Source: Podarcis filfolensis (taxonomy: Eukaryota). Taken from it: a stretch of 64,000 bases of DNA. Where the stretch lies: assembly GCA_964270895.1 (NCBI GenBank), contig OZ185435.1; one strand, 5' to 3'. Below the pieces are notes generated by a model. The model saw nothing but the letters and a program-made list of their open reading frames with translations. It was not told the DNA's origin and searched no databases. The position numbers and the translations under genes are program-made. Within the stretch, counting starts at the first letter, position 1, and each line of letters opens with the position of its first letter. Of the stretch, positions 48,370-59,919 are shown piece by piece.

Positions 48370-51046
48370 CTGGAATGTGAGAGGAAAGAAAGGCATTGGT
48401 TGCATAGTGAAACTGGAACACAGGACTCCAGTGCGTCTTCTACAGGCAAATAGACATGCAGTAGTGCAGGCAGAGGTAAAAGGAGCAGGTAAGGCAGGTC
48501 CTTGTATTTATATGACAAGTGACCATTTGGTCACAAACTGAACACTTCCCTTAAGTAAAAGCAACACTCTACAGCATCATGGTTGCTCTGAATGGATGGA
48601 TGGGGTCAGAGTGGGAGTTAAGTACCGGTACTTCATCACTCTTCCAGAACCTAAGTGGACACAGCTATGTGAAGGATGCACGTTGCGCACTGCTGCTGCT
48701 GCCTTCCTCTCCCCTGGCTCACTCTTGCCACACAACTTTCCCCAATTCCAGTCTGCCAACACCCGCTCCTGGTTTTGGATCACTATTTTCAAAAGCCTCC
48801 TGGCCTCCACCACTAGAAACTGTATAATCTTCCTTCCTCAGAGTGGTAATCTCACAGTTCAGTCCCCACACTGCCCACACCTGGTCATATGTCCTTCATT
48901 ATCTCTGTCCCTTCTTAAAAGCTTCCTCTGCTGCTGAGCCATTTTTGAGATGGAATAATCACTATAAGGAAAAGCTTCCAGCTAAACTCATCAGATGATT
49001 AAACCGCCTTGTGAAGGCTCCCCAATGTGAAAATACTTGAAAGGTGTAACCACATTCTGAAACAAGTCATTACTAAAAGTGAACATGAAATTTGCAGGGC
49101 AGGGGAGTTCTGCTGTTATTCTGCCATGTCTGTGAGAATTCTGCAGCAAAGAACTATGCCTTTAATCTGCAGCATATTGTCTCTTTGTAAGTGATCAAAA
49201 TAATGAGGTCATGCTCCCAAAACAGTGAGAGTTTGAGCCAAACTACCACAGAAGTCTGTAAGCTTTTCCATTAATTTCCAAGGGCTTTAGATTAGACCTG
49301 ACAACTCATCTGATCTATTTGGACACATGATGCAGAGGGAATGGAACCACTGCTATTCTGTCGGCTGCATCTGTCAATTTTAATTCAGAATGTTCCGCAC
49401 CACTAGTTGCGAAATTTGAGATCCTAGTAAACACCCCAAAGAACTAGCTTTTGATTAGCAATGTACCTGCTATTACAAGTGTTATCCGAAACACATTATC
49501 CAGCCCAGTGAAGCTGTGTGTGATGTTTCTTTCTCCATTTCTAACAAAATGTCCAATACCCAAGTAACTGTTGAAAAGGATATATAACTACAATTAAAAT
49601 AAGCTCCCCCGCTCTTTTTTAGTGCTCCACTTCAAGATGTGTTTAGCAGGTCCTGTTTTCAACACAGCAACATTGCATTGGTCTGTTATCTGCCTTTCTC
49701 CAGGCTCACTGCAGTGTAGAAGCAGTGTGGGATCCAAAGAAGTTTAGGTGCATGGATTTATTGAACAGCAGCCACCATCACATGGTCAATTATTACTTTT
49801 AAAACTGAAGGGACCGTTAATACTGCTGTACGATATGGGGCCTGTGGTTCAAAGACTGGGGGTGGTATCTAGTGGTGACTGAGAGAAGGAATTCATCAGC
49901 AAAACAACCAGGAATGTAATTTTCTGCGATTCCCCCTTCCTCCTACATCTATCTTAAATCTATTCTCAATGGTTGAAAGACCCCAGATAAATATTCTACT
50001 AGACATGCCCTGTGCCTAAAGCACGATACCTCTTTGGAGCCCTGTAAGACAGATGAGCCAAAGTAAGTGCCATGAGTCCCACTGAGACTTCACAGGGAAC
50101 GTTCTCTTTCACTGCATATGAGAAGCCCAGACTCCTTTTTTTTAATGAGAGCTAGTAAGAGATTGTATCCTTATTTGCAATGTAATAAATACAGCCTTGC
50201 AACATATGAGTACAATGACAGTAAATTAGCAGTTTGCTGCTGTACTAAAGATGCACTGCTAGAGTTACTCTCAACAGGGATAACACTACCTAACATAAGC
50301 TGAAATGTTGGCCTAGGAGGAAAGGGATTGGGGGGAGGGCAAGTTGCTCATCGCCACAAATGGAAATATTTTTAAACTAACGAAAGGATTTAACAAAATC
50401 TCCAATTTCCCAGTAAGCACTTGGCAGTTACAGTCTCCTCTGAGCACATAGGTTCCAGCTGGGTAGAGGGAGGCAGCCCTCTGCTAGTAACTGAGAGAAT
50501 GAAGTTGGAGAGGCACTCTGTGCTAACTCAGATGTTAAGAAACGAAAAGGATAATTGAACGCTAGGACAACTAGCCAGATTCTCCACCCCCAAAGTGTGA
50601 TTTTGAAAGAGCAAGTGTGCACTTGTTTTTTTCTTCCTTAGCCAAACAAACAAGTTCTGTTGGTTTTCATAAATCCCTTTACTTTTGTAAGCGCATTTAT
50701 AAAGCCAAAGAGATGTTGTGGCTTAAACTCAATTCCCTGTTATTTATATTTAGGCGGATAAAGCTTCATTCTAAAAGCAAAGCACAACACTTGATCCATG
50801 ACAAAGTTTACAGTATAGCTTAGTTCATTAAGGATCAAATTGTGGAGGTGTTATCCTGACAGAATTCCCACATGAAAAACCTGCAGAAAGGCTCATTGAA
50901 GACCCACAGGATCGTACCACAAATCCTCTCTTTCTATATATCTACAGATTTTTTTGTACCAGCAGCAATAATATTGCAGTCAAATGTTTCTCAACAATGG
51001 TTACTGGCCATATTAATATACAAAACAATCTTTCACATTAGGTCCC

Positions 51047-51483
51047 TGTAATGGTTATATGGGGTTGCTCGTGCGTAAGTTGCCGCCACTCCTGGCTAGG
51101 TTGCCTGGTTAAACCTTTTCCTGGCTGGACAGCCCTTCACTTCGTGGCTGTTTCAGTCGCTAGCAGAATCCATCAGTGGGCGTTTCTTGAACTTCTTCCA
51201 GCAAAGAAGTTCTTTGACGCCAAGTCTACGCCTACTTTCCCTGCGCGGAAGTCTTCTGCACAGGGTGGGTGTGGGTAGCGGAGGACCTGTGCTCTCCCCG
51301 CTGGTCTCCGGCGAAGAGTCCTGGAGCCCCCTCTCCGATTCCCCCATCCGCCCCCCTTTATTCCTGGTGTTACGCTGATTTCCTTCCCCAGCTGATGAGT
51401 TCCCTCTCTCCCTGCTGGGCCCTTCTCCGGCATCGCTTGGGAGCCTTGCCTCCACTTCTGGCTCCGATGTCAGTTCCCTGACA
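51047..51483 (-). mobile_element. Solo LTR (437 bp) in the last PDIA5 intron; superfamily (Gypsy/BEL/ERV) and orientation uncertain
   Basis: Begins TGTAA, ends TGACA (TG...CA), flanked by the perfect 5-bp TSD gtccc (51042-46, 51484-88); GC/CpG-rich against its flanks. Confidence 0.85.
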
Positions 51484-52163
51484 GTCCCGATCTTCTCCAG
51501 GCAATTATTAACAACCTAGCTATGGAACTTTAAACTGAGCATTCTCGAGTAGCTGCTAAACTTTTGTCTCCTCCATTTCAAGATATAAGTGAACTGCTAA
51601 TAATCTATCTCTGCAAAACCTGAAATGTAAGGAGACATCAAGGTCACAAGCTAAAGGTGACAAGTGCAAACTGCCCAGAAAATGTGGGTTTTGGTCACAA
51701 AACAAAACCAACAAACAATCTATTATCATTTGGCTGTGTGTAGTGAATTTCCAAATGTGTACAGGGCAACCAAAGGCTTAGATTCCTAATGAATATGGAG
51801 AGCCCATTGGAACAGCTTCTGCACTACATTGGCTAGGAGTTGATGTGGAATTGGCAGGCGTTCAATTTTTGCATTTTCATTAGTGCTAAATTTTTAATAA
51901 ATTATAAGACTCAAAATAAAAGCCTCCAAAATTTTCTACTGAGTTAATTCCAGATGCTAAATGCATGCATTATGTGTGGAATAAGGTGACACAGTCATGA
52001 GGAATTCATAATGGAAGCATTAAACTCATTGGCAAAATAACTGGCTCTGTATTGTGTCCCTGTTGTTGCTGCTGGTGATTTTACTGTTTGCTGATGAAAC
52101 CACTTAAAAAAGATACTCCCTCCCCACACCAGTACATCTTTTAGAGCAGCACCATGTACTTAC

Positions 52164-52298
52164 CCCTCTGTCTCCATTATATTTTTCTATAAATTTTCCA
52201 TAGTTGTAGTAGTTAAAGGTTGGGTAACCATCCACACCTTCCTGCTTACACAGGTCGTGATTCTGTTCTTTGGCACAGTCCACTGCAGCATAGGCAAT
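52164..52298 (-). CDS. PDIA5: PDIA5 penultimate coding exon (C-terminal half of the last thioredoxin domain)
   Basis: ttcctgtgttag|ATT ... GGG|gtaagt; 135 nt, IAYAAVDCAKEQNHDLCKQEGVDGYPTFNYYNYGKFIEKYNGDRG, with AVDC and GYPT thioredoxin motifs; phase 0 joins the last exon. Confidence 0.94.
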
Positions 52299-52869
52299 CT
52301 AACACAGGAAGGAAAAGCAGATCAGCTGTCACCAAGTGTGATCCCATTCTATGGCCCTCAGACACTTTAAAAATGAAACATATGCTGTTTCACATAAACT
52401 AAGATATGGGAAATATTTCCAAAGGCTAAGCACTACCAGAATCAGAATTCTGAGTTCTTGTTTTGCCAATTCCTGAGCATAGGTGCTCAGGGCAGATCCA
52501 GCACCTTACCCCCCTGTGCATTAGTGGAAAATCCTTCCACTTGCGCACAAAGGGATGATACAAAGCCACTATTTGATTGAGCAAAATCACGCGAACATGT
52601 GGGCTCCTGGACATGAAGTTTCCTGCTGCAGCACACTAAGCTGTAACCAAGGTTTGTTCTGAAAGGATCCTGTCCCTTAAACTACAGCAATTCTTTAAGT
52701 GCATGAAGAGCAATGTCACTGCATCTCATAGAACAACTAGATATCTATCTACGTACTGTACTTAGTTTCATTGATCTCCTGCTCTACATCCAAACATTCT
52801 CTGGGCAGGCAACAATGATATTTAATAAGACAAAGTAATCTCATTTAAAGTCACAGCAAAGCACAATAA

Positions 52870-53340
52870 AAACAGGACGTGAACAGTTTCACATTAAGCA
52901 GGCCAAAGCTCCAAACAAACAGACAGGTTAAACAGTGGATGGGAAGGCATTCCAGAGCAGGGATGCTGCCAGGGGAAAGGATTGCCTACATGTAATTCCC
53001 AAGGTTAGGACATTAAGGAGAGCCTCCATAGAGGATCTGAACTCCCTGGACTGCCACATACAGGAAGAGGAGTTCCCTCATGCAAGTAATCCAGGGCTTT
53101 TTATGCCATTTGTAAAACTTTGAATTCAGAGTGGAAATGGATTGGAAACAACTGCAAATATTTTAGAACTGGAGAAAGATTATTCTGACTGGAGACTCTG
53201 CTCAAGAGATGAACCACTACATTTCGCCCCAGCCGCAATTTCCAAGTGGTCTTCAAGGGCAGCCCTGCATAGTATGTATAGCAGGAATGAAAATGAAAGG
53301 TTATCAGAGCATGGATTACTGAGGCCAAGCTATTCCTGTA
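52870..53340 (-). mobile_element. Old L2 LINE ORF2 relic
   Basis: Minus-strand translation YAGLPLKTTWKLRLGRNVVVHLLSRVSSQNNLSPVLKYLQLFPIHFHSEFKVL resembles the L2 motif GLP...KLQLVQNAAARLL...HITPVL..LHWLP....FK. Confidence 0.75.
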
Positions 53341-54060
53341 GATTCATCATAGTGCCTTATTCAGTTGCTACATTTTACCTCCACCTTGCCCCCAGCTGAG
53401 TTCAAGCTGGCATAAATGAGATGTTCTCATTTCATCCTTTAATGTAAGGGTGAGAGGTGGTGAAATCCAACTAGTGCCCTTGCATGAAAGAAGAGCTTTG
53501 GATCAAGGCATCAGCTAATGAAAAGGGTGAGGGGATTTCTGTTGATTCCACTGTCCTCAAGTAGACTTCCATATCACTTTCCACCCTGTTCTGGAGGGCC
53601 CCCCAACAATCTGGAACAGATTTTCAGAGGGTACTTTTGCCTGCAGGTAGCAGGGGGATGGGAATTGCCTGCTTTCCTCTTTTGCTGGTGGACACACCTC
53701 TGCTAAATCAAGAGCTCTTCTGTGAGCACATGAGCAACAGATGGATTCCACCCAGTGATATGCAACCCAAAGAGCTTTGTGGATGAGCAGAGATTGAACT
53801 GCAGGTCTCCCCAGTCCAAGTCCAACCCACAACCCTCACTATTCCTAAACCATCAGTGGAATAGTCTGAATCCAAGTGACCAGGGATAAGTTGGGGAAAC
53901 CTCAACACTGAACCAACGTACAGAAATAATGTACCTGGTTCAGGAGCATGGGTTCAGTTCCTAGAGGCTGGCTATAAGATGGGCTGGATGTAGATTACTC
54001 AGATCCCAAGGCAAAGTCCTAACACACAGGTATTATATGCACGGCTACATGACTGGGTTC

Positions 54061-54245
54061 TAGCATGTGAGTATGAGACAGTGGCTAAGAATGTGATCAA
54101 ATCCTACCTGAGCCACAAATTTACCGCATACCCTTAGACAAGCCACTATTCTGTCAGGTCAGCTTACCTTCTAAAACAGGGGCATAAAACTGGCCTATCT
54201 TCCAAGGCCACCAAAGGATTACTGAGATTACATTAAGCTCCCTTG
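54061..54245 (+). mobile_element. Degraded MIR-like CORE-SINE
   Basis: gtggctaaga...caaatcctacctgagccac...cccttagacaagccact...ctaaaacaggggcataaaactggcctatct resembles the MIR/CORE layout. Confidence 0.55.
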
Positions 54246-55497
54246 AACACATTTTTTAAATAAAAAAAGATATACTTGAAATATACATTTGAAAGGTAAT
54301 GCAAAGTATTATCATATGCTGCCTCAACAGACTTCATTATAGCTGCTACATTATGTCTCAGGAAAAGGCCTGGCAAATGTTAATTCCTAAGAATTATCCT
54401 GCAATGCTCTGCTCTCTCACTAGGGCTCTCTAGATGATCCTTCTGCCTTTAGCGGACACTGATAGGTCAACACTACCGCAACAGCACTTTCTAAGACTAT
54501 ACTGCTATTAATACACATTTGCTTCACTACATCTGCCAGGCTCATTCCTGTAGAAAAGTCATTTGTTCAGTTTTAATCCCATTTAAATACAGATATGGGA
54601 GCCTTCTACTTTAATTTTATTGTGACTGCTGGCTAGAATCTATTGAAGGGAAATTTAAAGCAGTTTTAAAATTTAAGATTCCATTACACTGCTTCTTTTA
54701 GACTATCTGCTCATAATACCCCCCTCTTGCCTTCCGGGCTGTTATTGAGCTGCAGTCCCATAATTAAATGTCATTTAATATTCCATTATGACCTCTAACT
54801 TCCTGGTGTTATGCAGTAAACGTTACACATGCACCTACAGCGGCATTCTTACTAGTTATTAACAGCTCTGGACAAGTCATTTTCTTTCTATTCCATTTGT
54901 TCACTCTGCGCTCCACCTAATTACTTCCTTGCTTGAATTGCTGCTGCCTTTGACTCTTCTTTTGCTCTAGAGCCATCTACTGCTGGGCAGTGAGCAAGTG
55001 TTGCTTACTTGTCAATGCAAACTCATCTGCTGGCATAGGCAAGCTGGCCAGTATCTTGGCTGGCAGGAGCAAAGCCAGTTCACTTCCTTTAGGCATACCC
55101 AGCTGGCATGTGACAGTTAAAGTTATTTCCGCTTAGGACTCTCATTTCCACTCAAAGTGTACGTTCTCAATGGGATTGTCCCAACACAGCTGACTGGCCC
55201 TTTGGAACCCTTTGCAAATGTTTAACTGACAAATGCTCCTTCTCTGTGGATAATGAAGCGGTGCAGTCCCTGAGCCAAAATAAGAGAGAGAGAGAACGCA
55301 AAAGCTCAGAGAAGCATGCATCCCAACTGAAGAAAAGCTCAGTCAGTCTCTTTATACACTCTTTGCAAACCCTTCCTCAGCCCATCTCTTAATTTTCCCA
55401 GCTGCATTATAACTCCTGAAAGTCTCTCAATAACCAGCTTATGAACAACTAGCAGCATTATTTAGGCTGAGTCCATACTTGTTATTATTTCCCATAG

Positions 55498-55584
55498 TAG
55501 GGCTAGGTAGTGTGATGTCCTCCAGGTGTTGCTGGATTCCAGCTCCCATCCGCCTCAGTCAGCATGTCCAACAACATCAAGAGG
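55498..55584. mobile_element. Partial hAT-like MITE
   Basis: cctccaggtgttgctggattccagctcccatc...ccaacaacatc; same family as 24273-24402. Confidence 0.55.
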
Positions 55585-57635
55585 AAAGATGTTGTGCACT
55601 CTTATCCTACACCTTTCTCTATGAAGGGAAGATTCATTTTAGAAGGAAAAATAAAATGAGATGTGGTGAAGCGCTGGCAGCAGCAGGAGAAGATAGGTGG
55701 TGGCACTTTTTGTTTTGCCTCAAGAAGAGAAACAGGAGGCAACATCCCCTGGCCAGAAACCTAACAAATCAAGCAAGAGAAAGTGCACTAATAACACTAC
55801 CAGCTGATGAAATAGCTACTGTATGTTCTACTACTATTAAGAAGTAGAATTGCTGGTGAAGTCCTGGAAGGTGCTGCATGCTCAAGATTTCTTGAAGCCT
55901 GAGGTCAAGGCGCTTCCTTAGCCATTCATGTGAATCATCTGAACTGTGGAGGCTGTGGAAACCTTTGTAGCAAGCCTTTGCTAGCCGGGCAAGGATTGTC
56001 CTAGACTGTTCATGTCTGCCTGTCAAAAGATTCATGCAGCCAGCAGTGACCTCTCATGGCAGTACAATCAGAGTCTTTGACAGTCGGAATCTATGAAGAC
56101 ATGCATGCTTTCCTGGCTGCCAAAGGCTTTCACTACTGTCTGCACAAACAATCTGTACTGTCTGCACAAATGGTAGCCACCAATAGGAAGAAATTATGGA
56201 GGCTTGCAAGGCCCCTCAGTACTTGGTTGTGAATATTTCCTGTGTCCAGGAAAGTCGTCTTCTTTTTTGGATATCAGAGGGTGGGAGCAGTAATGGATTA
56301 AAATTTGGCATGGGAGGGAAGTCAGCCAATACATTTAAAAATATATTTTGCATGAAAATGGCTTGTTTTTGAGCCACAAGGTAGCTTTGCCCATCTCCGA
56401 CAGTAGCAGACTGCAACAGAAGTGTACAAGCCACCAACTATCATTTGAGTGTTAACATTAAGACGAATGCTAGCACATGGCATGTCCCCAGACTTAAGAA
56501 ATACTATTTACACAATAAAGATAAGCTCACTCAAACTGAACTTATATAAGCATGTGCCCAAGAGATCAGAAGCAACCAGCAATTGCCATCATTCTTAAAT
56601 AGCTGCCTTTCTCTTTCTCTGTCTCTCTCTCTCTTTTTAAAAAAGCCACTATAGGGAAGGCTGCTACTTATCTAATTAACACTGTAGCTCTTAAGATATC
56701 CAGTTGGTGTGTAGTTAAATCCTGCTTAGCCTCTTGTTGATTTGAGCAAACACACAAAGTGTGTTTTTTTATCATTGGGACCAAGAAATCCTTTTATAAT
56801 GTTTAAGATTACTGTAATCAGTCCTTTTTTTCTGGGGGTACTCAAGGGTACACAGTACCAGCACTTTCACACACACCCCACCTCCACAAATGTTAAAAGT
56901 GTGGCACTTATTATAACAACTTTATGGTGAGTTCCAGCACCATTTTTCTATTAAAAAAAGAAAAGAAAGGGCACTGACATGATTCACATTATTAGGTCCC
57001 GTTTTTAAAAGCCAATCTAGGTTTGTACTTCACATGCATTGAAGCTGGCCTTGGAATTCTAGGCTGCATCACTGAAAACAACAACTCAATTTTAATCTAT
57101 TTCTATTTCACACAGCACTTCATGATGGATCCAAACATCATTTAACACCCATTTAGCAACTTTCCACATGGAAAAGTCAACCCAGTTTTGCTAAGAACCC
57201 ACAACAGGGAAGCAGTGATGCTGGGTTTCATGTAACCAGATGTGACAAATAATTGCATTTCATCATGCAATTTGAGCCATCACCCAGCAGTTTTTAAGCG
57301 GCCACTGCTGACTTTACTGTCACTTGAATTCACCCTTGGCCATCTCACAGGTAACACAGATGTGTGAGTAAGCAAAAATACCCAAGTCAAAATTTACAAG
57401 TGGTGCAGCCAAGATTTATTGCACAAATATTAAAACCCAGAAGTGAGCTTCGCATTAAAAAAGAGACTCCTAGTGTTTCTGAGCCATTGCATCATTTCCT
57501 CAAAATAGTTATTTGCTTCTTTATGTTACGATTTAATGCTTAAGATCCTCACTCTCTTTGAATTTGAGAAAAGTTTGTAAGCTATATACTGCCTAATTTT
57601 ATATACTGCTTGATTGTAAAAAACACCCTCAAAAA

Positions 57636-57940
57636 AACACAAGGTGGTTTACAAAAAGAATGCAATTATCAGTAGAAACAGCTATTTAAAAATTCAAATA
57701 AAACTAAAATCAGTGATAAGCTAAAAACAGATTAAAACACATGCAAACATTCTACATATCTGGGTAATGTTTTTAGCAAGCACTGGAAAAAATACAATGA
57801 ATGTGCCTGTCTGATGTCAATAGGCAGGGCATTCCACACTAAAAGACTGATTTATTCCAAATGTGGAATGAATATTATGCGGCACCTGTAACCGTGCCAG
57901 TTCTGCTGATCGAGTAGACCTATATGGGGCAAGGCGATCT
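57636..57940 (-). mobile_element. Old L2 LINE 3' relic
   Basis: tgtttttagcaagcactggaaaaaatacaatgaatgtgcctgtctgatgtcaataggcagggcattcc is the reverse strand of an L2 ORF2 end (WNALP...GTFIVFFQCLLK). Confidence 0.6.
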
Positions 57941-58883
57941 AAATATTATTTATTTAGTTCATTTTCTATCCTATTCCTTCTCAAGGTCCTTGAGCAAGTA
58001 TCAGCAGCTAAAAAGAAAAAGAGGAGTATATTGACAAAATACCCAATTACATTTTATCAGATGCCTGTTCAACCCTAGTTGTTGAACGCCAACCTGAAAA
58101 GAATTTTTTACAGTTCTTCTGGAAAGCATTCAGCCCTGGAATTTCACAGACCTCTAGGGAAAGAGTTTTCCGTCTTGCTCTTCAAACTGAGCACATGAAT
58201 GATACCGTCAGAAAGCTGTTCTTGGTTAATTGCACGATGGTACAAAAGGAGAGGAAGTGGTCTAAGGTATGTAGCGATGAATGAAGTACTCATTAATGCA
58301 TGATTTTACCATACAGATGCTTCTGAATTTACCCCCTGGTTAATCAGGTAGCAGCAGTGGTTAGGGATATTTTGTGACGTGCTCTGGCTCAAATGAAATC
58401 TTCTTTTTTTGCCTATTGGTTAGAAAACTTTGTTCTTTATAGAAAAAGGTGTTTTGGACAATGAATAGCTAAATTGAATGGGGGTGGGGGAGGAAAATGG
58501 CATGCAACTGGAAACAAATTTCACATTTTAAACATTTTTGTGTGTTTAGTTTCCCCCCCGGCAATGGACATATAGGTGTAAACAATTATTAATAATTACT
58601 TTTCGTTAGAACTTTTGATAACTTGCATTCATGCCATATATTTTTGTATGTATATTTGTCTTGATGCTTTATCACAGTGGTGGTTAGAAGTTTTATCAGC
58701 AGATGATTTTCTGGCTGTTTAGCAGGTTTTTTTATTATAATTTCACAACTCCCCTGAAAAAGAACGTAAATTTGAAACATACTCTGATTTCAATAAGGCT
58801 TTTGTAACATTGGTTGCAAAAATAAAAACATTATCTGCACTGCCTATAGCCTTTATTGTCTAAATGAGAAGTTTCTTTGAAAT

Positions 58884-58884
<1 letters not shown>

Positions 58885-58932
<48 letters not shown>
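58885..58932. repeat. (TAT)16 microsatellite
   Basis: Perfect TAT repeats; source of the poly-Tyr ORF 58864-59256. Confidence 0.95.
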
Positions 58933-58933
<1 letters not shown>

Positions 58934-59672
58934 TGTTTACCATAGGAAAAATAATAAATCCCTCTCCAGCAACGTCCTTGGGAAGAAATGTTCTGCTAAC
59001 TTTTCATAAAAATCAAGAAATCAAGGGTGAGATGCAAAAGAGAAGGAAGTATGCACCTCCAAGACCTGTGAATTTTGCCACTCTGAGATCTTGTATTGTA
59101 CAAGTGCATAGTCTGGTTGTGATGATGTTAAAGTGGCCTGAAAACATCAAACCATTTATTTGTATAGGGACTTTGCTAATCTTACTCCAACTGCTTTGCT
59201 ATTCCCCTGATAATTGGGAGGTGTTAATCAACAACAGCAAAGCGTCACCATATTAAGTGGATTAAAATCATTTGATTTACATACTACATTAGCAGCTTTT
59301 GTTTCCACTGCTCCCTACGCCGCCACTGAATATATATTAAATAGAAAATGAATAAATATTTTTCACAATCTGTATCCCAGAAGGCCAATGGAAAGAGGAA
59401 CTGGATGCAAATATATACACATTTGTTTGCCTTCAAGGCAGTCAGATGTCAGCAATATTTCCACAGAAATAGGTTTCTTTTGGGTTACCAATTCAGGGGT
59501 GAAACAGAAATAAATTTCCCTCATAGTTTTTATGGCCTTGATGGAAGAATAAATGATCAAGTGAGGAGTAAACAAATTCAGCAATTTTTTTAAAAAAAGA
59601 CTTTTTTAAGGGGGAAAAATGACATTGGAAAATGAAAAGAAGCAACTCCTAGCAGTGCTTTATTTGTAAAAC

Positions 59673-59919
59673 CAGGGCTCCCATATGTCTGGGATTACCA
59701 GAACAATACCAGGATTTCAAAAGCGGAAGTGACGTCGGGAGGGGGGGCGGCATTTCTGGAAGGCATTGGTATGTCATGGCTCTCAAGTCAAGTAAACTGA
59801 AAATGTTTGTATTTTCTGGAGTTTTTTTGGGGGGGGGAGGAAGCTCAACAACTTTCGGATTTTCCTAAAAAGAAGCTTGGGGTGTCCTGGTTTTTACTCT
59901 TTGAAATATGGCAATCCTA
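59673..59919. mobile_element. hAT-like MITE
   Basis: Imperfect TIRs cagggctcccatat / atatggcaatccta. No TSD seen. Confidence 0.6.

Noticed and set aside
52426-52614. 62-aa ORF just upstream of the PDIA5 penultimate exon
   Set aside because: No thioredoxin or other recognisable similarity, and no splice sites joining it in frame.
36168-59256. Poly-Ile/Asn/Tyr ORFs (36168, 36243, 36284, 58864)
   Set aside because: Produced by (AAT)15 and (TAT)16 microsatellites.
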